Assembly (NCBI GenBank): GCA_018667355.1
Contig: JABIVC010000013.1
Span: 3,296 to 67,295, forward strand
Source: Gammaproteobacteria bacterium
GTDB lineage: Bacteria > Pseudomonadota > Gammaproteobacteria > GCA-002705445 > GCA-002716945
Direction of reading: 5' to 3'
DNA: 64,000 bases
The translations under genes and the position numbers were made by a program. Below are positions 19,206 to 29,506 of the stretch, piece after piece; position 1 is the first letter of the stretch; every line of letters begins with the position of its first letter. Under the pieces are notes generated by a model. The model ran no database searches. It was not told the origin of the DNA and worked only from the letters and a program-made list of their open reading frames with translations.

Positions 19206-19774
19206 TAAAAATACCTAGTTAGATTAAAAATAGGTGGCAATATAATCATTTGTAGCAAATTTAGGGCCACCAATAATATGATTGGTGATATATCTATACC
19301 AGACATATCAGGTAGTATATTTCTTATTGGCCTATACATAGGATTACAGAGTTCATCAACAAGATTGAAGAGTGGATGAAGATTATATGTTGTTATCCAA
19401 CTCCCAACGACTCCTATGATTACTGCCCACCATAAGATATCTAGAATCTCTTTAATCGCGAAGCCAAAGCCTGCAATAATTAATGCATTAAAGCTATATT
19501 CAAAACCACTAAAGCTAGGATTAATATAAAGTTTGAGTGTAGTTAAAGCTGTGATTAATAAAATAATAGATAGATCTAACCTTCCTATATAAAGGGGTAT
19601 TATTCTGAATGGAATTAAAATAGGATTAGTAGCTTTTACTACTAATTGCGCTATAGGATTATTATATGAAACTCTAGCTATTTCAAATAGAAACCTAAGT
19701 ATGAATAGGAATTGTGCAAAACTCACTATAGTCATCAACAAAAATATTATTGGTTTTGACGCATAAGATTCCAT
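19205..19774 (-). CDS. yggT: YggT-family integral membrane protein
   Basis: 189 aa with 4-5 TM helices. Conserved position yggS-proC-yggT. Confidence 0.6.
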   Translation of the reverse strand: MESYASKPIIFLLMTIVSFAQFLFILRFLFEIARVSYNNPIAQLVVKATNPILIPFRIIPLYIGRLDLSIILLITALTTLKLYINPSFSGFEYSFNALIIAGFGFAIKEILDILWWAVIIGVVGSWITTYNLHPLFNLVDELCNPMYRPIRNILPDMSGIDISPIILLVALNLLQMIILPPIFNLTRYF

Positions 19775-20580
19775 TATTTGTTTTTACCTAACTGTTTAGC
19801 TTTGCTGTAAGCTTCTTTAATCGATTTTTCTAATATATCTTGAAACTTTAAAATAGTTAATTTTTTTAATGCTGCATCTGTTGTTCCACCTTTTGAAACT
19901 ACAGAATTCTTAATTTTTAAAAGACTTTTTTGTTCATTCTTACATGTAATAGCAGTACCATAAAACAACTCTTTAGCATAAGCATTAGAATCACTCTCTG
20001 AAAAACCAAAGTTCTTAAAAGTTTGAATTATGCCTTCTAAAAAATGTATAAAATAAGCAGGTCCACTACCAACTAATGCTGTAACCTTATCAATTTCAAT
20101 TTCTTTTTTAAGAATATGAGATGTACCAAAAATATTAAAAAATATCTTCACTATATTGACTACATTACTTTTACAAAACTTATTTTTAAACATAAATGTA
20201 GTTGCACTCCCATATTTTGAGTTAATGTTTGTCATTGCCCTTATAATAGACGTTTTAGATCCTAATTCTTTAGTTAAGCTATTAATTTTAACACCTGCCA
20301 TTAGACTAACTACTATAGATGATTTCGACTTATACTTTTTTATATTAATGCAGACATCTTTATATTGATCAGGTTTAACTGCAATTATTATTATATTACT
20401 TTTTGATATATTATCATCTATATCAGTACTAAATAAGATATTAGATTTTTTTGCTAATATATTCTTTTTAGCATCTTTGTCATATAATCTTATTTTAATT
20501 TTAGCTTTAGATTCTTTTACCCTATAAAGCAAGGATTGAGATAAATTCCCAGCACCAATTATCGAAATATCTTTTATCAT
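19774..20580 (-). CDS. proC: Pyrroline-5-carboxylate reductase
   Basis: IGAGNLSQSLL Rossmann N-terminus. SGPAYF motif. 268 aa. Confidence 0.8.
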   Translation of the reverse strand: MIKDISIIGAGNLSQSLLYRVKESKAKIKIRLYDKDAKKNILAKKSNILFSTDIDDNISKSNIIIIAVKPDQYKDVCINIKKYKSKSSIVVSLMAGVKINSLTKELGSKTSIIRAMTNINSKYGSATTFMFKNKFCKSNVVNIVKIFFNIFGTSHILKKEIEIDKVTALVGSGPAYFIHFLEGIIQTFKNFGFSESDSNAYAKELFYGTAITCKNEQKSLLKIKNSVVSKGGTTDAALKKLTILKFQDILEKSIKEAYSKAKQLGKNK

Positions 20581-21251
20581 GATCTTCTCTCACCAAATAT
20601 TAAACTGCCTATTCTAATCATATTTGAGCCTCTATTTAGAGCCAGTTTAAAATCATTACTCATACCTAAGGATAAAGTATCAATACTTTTATATTGTTTA
20701 CTTAATTTATCATATTCTGACTTAAGTATATTATATGAATTTTCATTTTCTTTCAAAGCATTGAGTTTAGATGGAATAGACATAATACCCCTAATTGAGA
20801 GAAACTTATGTATAGAAATCATTTTAAGGAAAGCCTCGGTTTCATTAATATTTATCCCACTCTTTGATTCCTCATTATCTATATTAACTTGAATACATAT
20901 ATTCATCATTTTATCTAACTTTTTACACTCATCATTTAAGAGTTTTGCATGTTTCTCAGTAGATACTGTTTGAACCCAGCTAAAATACTTTGCTATTTTT
21001 TTAATTTTATTTGATTGAATATTACCAATGAAATGCCATTCGATATCATCCTCGTTAATTTCTTGGATTTTTGATATTGCTTCATCTATATAATTCTCTC
21101 CATACTTATTATAACCAAGTTTAAGAAGTGTTCTGATACTCTGCGCAGGTTGTGATTTACTCACAATAATCAAGTTTGCTGGTTTATTAACAGAAGATTT
21201 ATTTATTTCAGCATCTATTTGTGACAAGATATTTAAGTAATCTTTTTTCAT
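20577..21251 (-). CDS. yggS: PLP-homeostasis protein YggS (PLPBP, alanine-racemase-fold)
   Basis: LIIVSKSQP...LGYNKYGENYIDEA. 224 aa. Conserved upstream of proC. Confidence 0.8.
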   Translation of the reverse strand: MKKDYLNILSQIDAEINKSSVNKPANLIIVSKSQPAQSIRTLLKLGYNKYGENYIDEAISKIQEINEDDIEWHFIGNIQSNKIKKIAKYFSWVQTVSTEKHAKLLNDECKKLDKMMNICIQVNIDNEESKSGININETEAFLKMISIHKFLSIRGIMSIPSKLNALKENENSYNILKSEYDKLSKQYKSIDTLSLGMSNDFKLALNRGSNMIRIGSLIFGERRS

Positions 21252-21257
21252 GCCTTA

Positions 21258-22205
21258 TTATTTGTTTTTAAAAATAAGAGACATAATTGCCATTCTAATA
21301 GATATTCCAACAGTAACCTGATCCAAAATTACTGAATTAGGACCATCGGCTACATCTGAATCAATTTCTATGCCACGGTTAATTGGCCCTGGATGCATTA
21401 CAATAACATCTTTTTTGGCTGACATAATTTTCTGTTTAGTCAACCCATAATCATTATAATAGTCATCAGTTGATATGAAAGCTTCTTTCATGCGTTCTTG
21501 TTGGAGTCGAAGCATAATGATCACATCTGCATTATTTATACCGTTTTCTAAGTTAGAAAAATAATTCACACCTAACTTTTTTATATTTTCAGGCATTAAA
21601 TTTTTTGGTCCAATTATATTTATATTTTTTACTGATAGAATCTTGAGGCTTGATATTAATGATTTTGCTACTCTAGAATGTAATATATCACCCACAATTG
21701 ATACATTCAGGTTTTCAAAATTACCTTTATGTTTTTTAATAGTATACATATCTAACATAGCTTGTGTTGGGTGAGCATGTATACCATCACCAGCATTTAT
21801 TATGGATATTTTCTTTCCTACTTCTTTGGCGATATAGTGTGGGGTTCCTGAAGACGAATGCCTTACAATAAACATATCGCATTGCATTGCTTCGAGTGTC
21901 TTAATCATATCAAGAATAGATTCACCCTTGAGTGTAGAAGAATTAGCTATATCGATATTAATGAAATCTGCGGATAATCTTTTTGAAGCTAGTTCAAATG
22001 TAGTCTTAGTTCTTGTGCTAGGTTCAAAAAATAAACTTGCTATGGTTCTTCCCTCTAGATCTCTAAATTTATTGCTATCACTATTAATATACTTATCAGC
22101 TAAATCTATGATCTCATTAATATGATCTTTTGTAAGATTCTCTATATTTAAAAAATGCTGTAATTTGTTATTTTTATTGAACTGAAGATTATAATCTATT
22201 TTCAT
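21258..22205 (-). CDS. pyrB: Aspartate carbamoyltransferase catalytic subunit
   Basis: STRTKTTFELA carbamoyl-phosphate-binding motif. HPTQ motif. 315 aa. ruvX-pyrB context. Confidence 0.8.
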   Translation of the reverse strand: MKIDYNLQFNKNNKLQHFLNIENLTKDHINEIIDLADKYINSDSNKFRDLEGRTIASLFFEPSTRTKTTFELASKRLSADFINIDIANSSTLKGESILDMIKTLEAMQCDMFIVRHSSSGTPHYIAKEVGKKISIINAGDGIHAHPTQAMLDMYTIKKHKGNFENLNVSIVGDILHSRVAKSLISSLKILSVKNINIIGPKNLMPENIKKLGVNYFSNLENGINNADVIIMLRLQQERMKEAFISTDDYYNDYGLTKQKIMSAKKDVIVMHPGPINRGIEIDSDVADGPNSVILDQVTVGISIRMAIMSLIFKNK

Positions 22206-22209
22206 AGCC

Positions 22210-22650
22210 TTATCGTATCATATTTTCATTAAACCAGCTTTCTAAAATCACTGATGCAGACAAATCATCTAAGTGAGATTTCTTTTTTATATTATATTGG
22301 CTTTTTCTAATATCACTATATATTGCTTTACTTTCTTCGGTAGAAAGTCTTTCTGAAAATTTTACTATTTCAATAGAACCTATATATTTTTTAGCAATAG
22401 TCTCAATAAATAAATCTAACTTTTTACTAAAACTACTTTTAACTTTACTATATGGGTATCCGATTATAATGACATTTGGCTCCCATTCTGATATTAAATT
22501 ATCTATATCTATCCAATTGACTCCCTTCTTATTATTATAAATAATCTTTAATGGTGTTGCTTTTTTTGTAATTAGTTGGCCTACAGCAAAACCAATCTTT
22601 TTAACACCATAGTCAATCGACATATATAGACAATCTTTATTTACCATCAT
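22210..22650 (-). CDS. ruvX: Putative pre-16S rRNA nuclease / Holliday-junction-resolvase-like YqgF
   Basis: MSIDYGVKKIGFAVGQ N-terminus. 146 aa. Downstream of gshB as in E. coli. Confidence 0.8.
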   Translation of the reverse strand: MMVNKDCLYMSIDYGVKKIGFAVGQLITKKATPLKIIYNNKKGVNWIDIDNLISEWEPNVIIIGYPYSKVKSSFSKKLDLFIETIAKKYIGSIEIVKFSERLSTEESKAIYSDIRKSQYNIKKKSHLDDLSASVILESWFNENMIR

Positions 22651-23593
22651 AATATTGATCTACTAGCTTTATAAATTCTTTAGATATTTTTAAGCTTAAG
22701 CCTCTGTCTTTCTGTTCTATCTGCTGAATCCCAGTTGGTGAAGTAATATTGATTTCAGTAATATAATCCCCAATCATATCTACTCCTGCAAAATAGATTC
22801 TATTATTTTTGAGAAACACTGCTATATCTTCCAGATGTTTCAGATGATTAGGATTTATCTGCTTTATTTTAAATATTCCACCATGCGAAAGGTTAGCCCT
22901 AAAATCATTTTTTGGCGGATAGCGTACAAGCACTTTTTCATGAACAATACCATTTGTGATTAGTATTCTTGTGTCTCCTTTCTTTACTTGATTTAAAAAC
23001 TTTTGCACCATTATAATTCTTTTGGAGAACATAGTCATATTATCTATTTTTTTAAATAGCTCTGTATCTTTAAAAGATAACCTTACTATATCTTTCCCTC
23101 CCATTAAATTGAGTGGTTTCATCACAACATCTTTATTTTTTTTAATAAAGCCCTTTATAATATTTCGGTCAGAGGATACAAGGGTTGGGATATTGTGATT
23201 AGTCAAGTTATTACCCAAAAGCTTTTCATTAAAATCTCTAATTGATTGAGGTGAGTTGATTATTAAAACCCCACTTAACTCTAAAAAGTCAAGCATATGA
23301 GTTATATGTATATATTTTTCATCAACAGGAGGGTCTTTTCGAAATAATATACAGTTTAATCTTGATAAATTTATTAATTTGCTTTTCGAAAGCGTAAAGA
23401 ATTTATTTTTTCTTTTATAAGTATGTAACCTTCTTATTTTTGCAAAAACCTCTTGGTTAATTATATGTATTGTATCGGGGACGATATATTCTATATTACA
23501 TTTTTGTTGAAGAGCATTTATTATCGCAAACGTTGAGTCTTCTGTAGGATTAATATTCTCAATAGGATCCATTATAACGCCAAATGAGTACAT
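22637..23593 (-). CDS. gshB: Glutathione synthetase (prokaryotic ATP-grasp type)
   Basis: GVIMDPIENINPTEDSTFA matches GIVMDPIANINIKKDSSFA. NSPQSIRDFNEKL, VMKPLNLMGGKDI, DRGLS, INITSPTG. 318 aa. Confidence 0.9.
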   Translation of the reverse strand: MYSFGVIMDPIENINPTEDSTFAIINALQQKCNIEYIVPDTIHIINQEVFAKIRRLHTYKRKNKFFTLSKSKLINLSRLNCILFRKDPPVDEKYIHITHMLDFLELSGVLIINSPQSIRDFNEKLLGNNLTNHNIPTLVSSDRNIIKGFIKKNKDVVMKPLNLMGGKDIVRLSFKDTELFKKIDNMTMFSKRIIMVQKFLNQVKKGDTRILITNGIVHEKVLVRYPPKNDFRANLSHGGIFKIKQINPNHLKHLEDIAVFLKNNRIYFAGVDMIGDYITEINITSPTGIQQIEQKDRGLSLKISKEFIKLVDQYYDGK

Positions 23594-23595
23594 GG

Positions 23596-24846
23596 CTATG
23601 TCTCTATATTATATAGTTCTTTTGATGCTGCAAGGATAGCTAACCTAGCGATAACTCCATATATGTAACATTTATTAGTATCAGAGTGTATCGTTTCATT
23701 ATTATTAGGGTTTATACAGGCTTCCTTAAATGGTATTGGATAAAATGTCATACCAGGACTATTTAAATTCTCAGAATTATTTTTTGTATCATGTAATCTA
23801 TAAAATCCACCTACTAAATTACTGCCAAATGAGTATATTACAGGTTCTGCAACGTGATTTAATGGTTTGAGAATTTCATTTGAATATACCCCTTCTTGTA
23901 GTATAACTTTATCTACCTTATTACCACCTTTGGTCTTTAACATTTTAGTTCTTTGCTTGCGATTTAGACTCATAAGCTCATCTATGCTTCTAACCTGCAT
24001 TATTCCCATACCGTATGTACCAGAATCAGCTTTAATCATAATATAAGGTTCCTCATCAATATCATATTGAATATATTTCTCTTTAATTAATGTAAATAAT
24101 CTTGATGCATGATGAACTAAACAATCTTCTCCTTGTTTTGTTTTAAAGTCAATTTCGCCACAGTTTCTAAATAAAGGTTCGAGTAACCATGGATCTATTT
24201 TTAGTAGCCTAGAAAAATTATTAATTACATCACTATAATACTCAAAGTGAACTGTTTTACTTCTATTTGTCCACCCAAGGTTTTTATCTGGTAGTATTGG
24301 CTGTTTAATATTATTTAGTATTTCAGGAATACCATCTGATAAATCATTGTTTAGTAAGATAGCATCGGGTACAAAATCATTACAAGAGAGTATATCATTC
24401 TTATTCTTAAGTGATTTATTTATTCCACCATTATCATCTAGAAGAGTTGTCACATAAACTTCATATCCCGCCTTTTTTATTATACTTGTCAGTGAATCAA
24501 TGCTTGCAAGATAAAATTTATTTCTTGTATGATTTTCAGATATAATTAAAACTTTCGTTAGTGAAGGCGAGATTTTTTCAAGCGCATGTTGAACAGCAGA
24601 TATATATAGGAAATCAAAGCTATTATCTAAATTATTAAAACCCGCAGGGAACAAATTTGTATCTACAGGAGCAATTTTATATCCTGAGTTTCTTAAATCA
24701 ATTGAAGTATAGAAAGGGGCTGGGTACTTAATCCATTGCTTTCTAAACCATGACTCGATCATCGCATGATTAGTGATAATACTTGAGTGTAATTCCTCAT
24801 TCGCAAATGACTTCGTATAGTCAGCAATTGGTTTCATATTATGCAT
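23596..24846 (-). CDS. Uncharacterised ATP-grasp-type acid-amine ligase, glutathionylspermidine-synthetase-like (YgiC/YjfC-type, synthetase domain only)
   Basis: 416 aa. [22 protein letters not shown] parallels YgiC [37 protein letters not shown] parallels [28 protein letters not shown] is an ATP-grasp phosphate-binding loop (compare gshB VMKPLNLMGGKDI). Inserted between rsmE and gshB. Confidence 0.4.
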   Translation of the reverse strand: [416 protein letters not shown]

Positions 24847-24847
24847 T

Positions 24848-25558
24848 TTAGAAATCTCTCAGTAGTGTTTGTGCTACAATGGCAGCAGTCTCCGTTCTCA
24901 ATATCCTATCTCCAAGACCAATTATATTCCAGTTATATCTTTCAATTAATCTTATTTCACTATTAGAGAAGCCTCCTTCTGGCCCAATAAGCATAACATG
25001 TGATGAATATTTTTTATCAGCCTGACTCATTTTTCTTCCAGACATATGAAAGCATATTTTATGAGACATGTTATTATTCATCTGAATAAGAAAATCTTCT
25101 AATTTCATTATCTTGTCTAACTCAGCTAGGAACAAACCATTAGATTGCTCTGTAGAATGTATAATAATATTTTTCCAGTGACTATATTTTTTCTCATAGT
25201 CACCTGGATGACTCCTTTCAGAGATTATTGGCACAATCTTATTAATGCCTATCTCTACAGATTTCTGAATTGCTAGATTCATATGTTTAGCGCTCGAAAC
25301 AGATTGAGCTAATATTATATTATGTTTGTCTATTTCTCTTGATAAGTTTTCTTGTTTAACTGAGACTGTAGATTTATCTGTATAATTAACTTCTGCAAGA
25401 TACTCTTTCCCATCACCATTAAAGACGATAATGTCACTATTATTTTTTATTCTTAGAACATTCTTAATATGATTATGAGTATCTGAGTCTAAGGTTAACT
25501 CACTATTTATTGTTATATTATTATTAATATATATTCTATGTAGTTTATTTGGTTGCAA
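24848..25558 (-). CDS. rsmE: 16S rRNA (uracil1498-N3)-methyltransferase
   Basis: 236 aa. PUA-like N-terminus plus SPOUT C-terminus (LIGPEGGFS). Conserved rsmE-gshB neighbourhood. Confidence 0.7.
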   Translation of the reverse strand: MQPNKLHRIYINNNITINSELTLDSDTHNHIKNVLRIKNNSDIIVFNGDGKEYLAEVNYTDKSTVSVKQENLSREIDKHNIILAQSVSSAKHMNLAIQKSVEIGINKIVPIISERSHPGDYEKKYSHWKNIIIHSTEQSNGLFLAELDKIMKLEDFLIQMNNNMSHKICFHMSGRKMSQADKKYSSHVMLIGPEGGFSNSEIRLIERYNWNIIGLGDRILRTETAAIVAQTLLRDF

Positions 25559-26909
25559 TATCTATAGCGCCTTCTATTGTGGTTATCACTTTATCAATTT
25601 CTTTTTTCTTAATCACATATGGTGGCATAAAATATATTACATTACCCAATGGTCTTATGAGAACATTATTTTTTAAGCCATACTCATATGCCTTAATACC
25701 TCTTCTTTCCTTCCAAGAATATGGTTTTTTATTTAATTTATCTTTGACCATTTCTATTGCTACAATCATACCATGTTGCCTAACATCTCCAACATGATTA
25801 TGATTAACAATATTTTTCAAAGACTTAGTAATATAGTTTGATAATTCTTTATTTTTTAATATAGTTTTTTCTTTTTCAAAAATATCTAATGTTGCATTCG
25901 CAGCTGAGCAAGCGATAGGGTTTGCAGTGTAGCTATGGGAATGCAAAAAAGCATTTAACTTTGTATATTCATCATAAAATGCATTATATATATCATTAGT
26001 AGTGAGGATAGTTGATAGGGTCATGTATCCCCCTGTTATCCCTTTTGATAAGCATATTATATCAGGAGTAATTTTACTTTGTTCATAAGCAAACATTGTT
26101 CCTGTTCTGCCAAAACCTACAGCAATTTCATCTGCAATCAAGTGTATATGATATTTATTACATGCCTCTCTCAAAAGTTTTAGATAAATGGGGTGATACA
26201 TTCTCATATAACCAGCACATTGAACTAATGGTTCAACTATTACAGCACATACTTCCTTATGTTTTTTTTCTATAACTTTTAACATTTTATCAAACATAAT
26301 CTCAGTATGTTCTTTATCTGTATGATTCTCATCCTTCAAGTAGCAGTCTGGTGACTCTACTATTATTGTATCTATCATTAATTCTTCATATGTTTTTTTA
26401 TATAAATCAATATTTGATACAGATAAGGAACCCAATGTTTCCCCATGATAACTATTAGATAAAGAGATAAATTTTGATTTTTTCTTGAAGCCTTTATTTT
26501 TCCAGTAGTGGTAACTCATTTTCATTGCAGCATCTACAGCTGATGAACCATTATCTGTGAAGAAACACTTCTTAATCTTTTGGGGCGATAGTTTTATCAA
26601 TCTTTCAGCTAGATTGACAGCAGGTTCATGAGTAAATCCTGCTAACAACACATGCTCTAGGTTACCTAGTTGTTTTATTATTTGTTTATTGATGTAAGGG
26701 TTAGAATGCCCGAAAATATTTACCCACCAAGAACTAATTGCATCAATATATTGATTACCATCATAATCTTTGAGCCATACACCTTTACCTTCTTTGATAG
26801 GTATTAGAGGGATCTTTTCATGATCTTTCATTTGAGTACATGGGTGCCACACGACTTTTAAGTCTCTATCTATAAGATTACGTGAGGCTTTACTTTTTTT
26901 TTTAGACAT
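25545..26909 (-). CDS. bioA: Adenosylmethionine-8-amino-7-oxononanoate aminotransferase
   Basis: VWHPCTQM, SSWW, ADEIAVGFGRTG, LSKGITGG (PLP lysine). Aligns along the full length with E. coli BioA. Confidence 0.8.
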   Translation of the reverse strand: MSKKKSKASRNLIDRDLKVVWHPCTQMKDHEKIPLIPIKEGKGVWLKDYDGNQYIDAISSWWVNIFGHSNPYINKQIIKQLGNLEHVLLAGFTHEPAVNLAERLIKLSPQKIKKCFFTDNGSSAVDAAMKMSYHYWKNKGFKKKSKFISLSNSYHGETLGSLSVSNIDLYKKTYEELMIDTIIVESPDCYLKDENHTDKEHTEIMFDKMLKVIEKKHKEVCAVIVEPLVQCAGYMRMYHPIYLKLLREACNKYHIHLIADEIAVGFGRTGTMFAYEQSKITPDIICLSKGITGGYMTLSTILTTNDIYNAFYDEYTKLNAFLHSHSYTANPIACSAANATLDIFEKEKTILKNKELSNYITKSLKNIVNHNHVGDVRQHGMIVAIEMVKDKLNKKPYSWKERRGIKAYEYGLKNNVLIRPLGNVIYFMPPYVIKKKEIDKVITTIEGAIDIATK

Positions 26910-26939
26910 TCAGTTATTTTAATCAGAGAGAATTAAAGT

Positions 26940-28253
26940 CTAATATCTATAAGTATCTTTTTTGTATGGTCCATCCTTTTCAACACTTATATAATCTGCT
27001 TGTTCTTTGGTTAATTTAGTTAACTTCACACCTAATTTATCAAGATGCAGCCTTGCAACTTTCTCATCCAAGTCTTTTGGTAAAACATAAACTTTATTTT
27101 TATATTTTTTATGGTTTTCCCATAGTTCTATTTGAGCCATAACCTGATTAGTGAATGAACATGACATTACAAAACTCGGATGTCCAGTAGCACAACCAAG
27201 ATTAATTAATCTCCCTTCTGCGAGAAGAATAATTCTTTTGCCATCTGGAAAGATTATATGATCAACTTGCGGTTTAATATTTTCCCATTCATATTTCTTT
27301 AATCCTTCAACATCAATTTCATTGTCAAAGTGGCCAATATTACAAACTATTGCGCCATTTTTCATCTTAACCATCTGGTCATGATTTATCACATTAAAAT
27401 TACCAGTAGCTGTAACAAATATATCAACTTCTTCAATATAATCATTAATATCAACTACTTTATAACCTTCCATTGATGCTTGTAGTGCACATATAGGGTC
27501 AACTTCTGTAATTAAAACATTAGCCCCCAAACCTCTTAGAGATCCAGCTGAACCTTTCCCAACATCACCATAACCGCATACAATTGCAATTTTACCAGCA
27601 ATCATCGTATCTGTAGCTCTCTTGATACCATCTACCAGCGATTCTCTGCAACCATAAAGGTTGTCAAATTTAGATTTAGTAACCGAATCATTTACATTCA
27701 TTGCAGGCATCTTAAGTTCATTATTTTTTTCCATTTCATAGAGACGATGGACACCAGTCGTTGTTTCTTCAGATACACCTAAAATATCTTCTAAAAGAGA
27801 TTTATGATCTTCATGAATAATCCCTGTCAAATCACCACCATCATCTAGTAACATATTTGGTTTCCAGCCATCAAGGCCACTAATTGACTGGTCAATACAC
27901 CATCTATACTCTTCTTCTGTTTCACCCTTCCATGCAAAAACCGGTATATCCTGACTAGCAATAGCTGCAGCAGCATGATCTTGTGTTGAGAATATATTAC
28001 AAGATGACCAGCGAACATCAGCACCTAAATCTACTAAGGTTTCAATTAACACTGCAGTTTGAATAGTCATATGAAGACAACCAATTATCCTAGCTCCTTT
28101 AAGTGGGGCTTTGCCTTTATATTCTTCCCTAAGGGCCATTAGACCTGGCATTTCAGTTTCAGCTATTCTAATTTCTTTTTTACCAAATTCTGCAAGTGAG
28201 ATATCTGCAACCTTATAGTCAGTGCCAATTTTTTTAATTTCGTCAGTTTTCAT
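26940..28253 (-). CDS. ahcY: Adenosylhomocysteinase (SAH hydrolase)
   Basis: [18 protein letters not shown]-terminus. NAD-binding GYGDVGKG. 437 aa. Confidence 0.9.
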   Translation of the reverse strand: MKTDEIKKIGTDYKVADISLAEFGKKEIRIAETEMPGLMALREEYKGKAPLKGARIIGCLHMTIQTAVLIETLVDLGADVRWSSCNIFSTQDHAAAAIASQDIPVFAWKGETEEEYRWCIDQSISGLDGWKPNMLLDDGGDLTGIIHEDHKSLLEDILGVSEETTTGVHRLYEMEKNNELKMPAMNVNDSVTKSKFDNLYGCRESLVDGIKRATDTMIAGKIAIVCGYGDVGKGSAGSLRGLGANVLITEVDPICALQASMEGYKVVDINDYIEEVDIFVTATGNFNVINHDQMVKMKNGAIVCNIGHFDNEIDVEGLKKYEWENIKPQVDHIIFPDGKRIILLAEGRLINLGCATGHPSFVMSCSFTNQVMAQIELWENHKKYKNKVYVLPKDLDEKVARLHLDKLGVKLTKLTKEQADYISVEKDGPYKKDTYRY

Positions 28254-28279
28254 AATGTTTTTCCTTAATATATTCTTTT

Positions 28280-29449
28280 CTATAATACGTCTTTAAGTAT
28301 ATCAATCTTGTCTGTTTGTTCCCAAGTAAAATTTTCCCCTTCTCGTCCAAAATGACCAAAAGCAGCTGTGGGCTGGTATTTCCTATTCAATAAATCGAGT
28401 GTCTCAGTTATTCCATACGGTGTTAAATCAAAAACTTCATTAATTACTCTAGAAATATCTTGATCGCTAATTTTACCAGTACCAAATGTATCTGTTGATA
28501 TTGACGTTGGCTTAGCTATGCCAATAGCATAAGATAATTGTATTTCACACTTATCTGCTAATCCAGAGGCAACGATATTTTTTGCAACATATCTAGATAT
28601 ATATGCAGCTGATCTATCAACTTTAGATGGGTCTTTCCCAGAGAATGCCCCTCCACCATGTCTAGCCATTCCGCCATACGTGTCAACTATAATCTTCCTA
28701 CCTGTTAAACCGCAATCACCCATCGGCCCACCATCTATAAAGTTTCCTGTTGGGTTTACAAAAATCTTTGTATTATTAGTTTGATATTTTTCTGGGATTG
28801 TCTTTTTGATTATCTCTTCTATAACAAATTCTCTAATTTCTTTAAGGTTTACTGAACTGTCATGTTGAGTAGATAAAACAACAGTGTCAATTTCTTTGGG
28901 TTTATTATTTTCATATAAAAAAGTTACTTGGCTTTTAGCATCAGGCCTCAACCAGCTTACTTTTTTTGATTTTAATAAATTTGCTTGTTTCTCAACTAAT
29001 CTGTGAGAAAAATATATCGGAGCAGGCATCAAAACATCTGTTTCATTAGATGCGTAACCAAACATTAACCCTTGGTCACCTGCGCCTTGCTTTTTTTTAT
29101 CTTCTCTATCTACGCCCATTTTAATATCAGCTGATTGCTGATTTATGAGTTTAATAATTTGACAGTCATTCCCATTAAAGCCTAGTTCATCAGAGCTATA
29201 ACCAATATCACATATTACTTTTCTAAGCTTTTCATCAAACTCAAGAGAGTTAGAAGAAGTAATTTCACCAGCCACAACAATAGTTCCGGGCGTATCTTTT
29301 TTACCTTTCGTTAGTACTTCGCATGCTACGCGTGCATTCTTATCTGATTCAAATACATAATCAAGAACAGCATCAGATAATTGGTCACTTAATTTATCTG
29401 GGTGACCAGGTGAGACGCTTTCTGATGTAAATAGGTAGTTATCTTTCAT
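28280..29449 (-). CDS. metK: S-adenosylmethionine synthetase
   Basis: [34 protein letters not shown]. 389 aa. Confidence 0.95.
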   Translation of the reverse strand: MKDNYLFTSESVSPGHPDKLSDQLSDAVLDYVFESDKNARVACEVLTKGKKDTPGTIVVAGEITSSNSLEFDEKLRKVICDIGYSSDELGFNGNDCQIIKLINQQSADIKMGVDREDKKKQGAGDQGLMFGYASNETDVLMPAPIYFSHRLVEKQANLLKSKKVSWLRPDAKSQVTFLYENNKPKEIDTVVLSTQHDSSVNLKEIREFVIEEIIKKTIPEKYQTNNTKIFVNPTGNFIDGGPMGDCGLTGRKIIVDTYGGMARHGGGAFSGKDPSKVDRSAAYISRYVAKNIVASGLADKCEIQLSYAIGIAKPTSISTDTFGTGKISDQDISRVINEVFDLTPYGITETLDLLNRKYQPTAAFGHFGREGENFTWEQTDKIDILKDVL

Positions 29450-29506
29450 GATATTTTAATTCTTGACCAATATATCACTAAATCTATCAATTATCTAAGA
29501 GAATTA

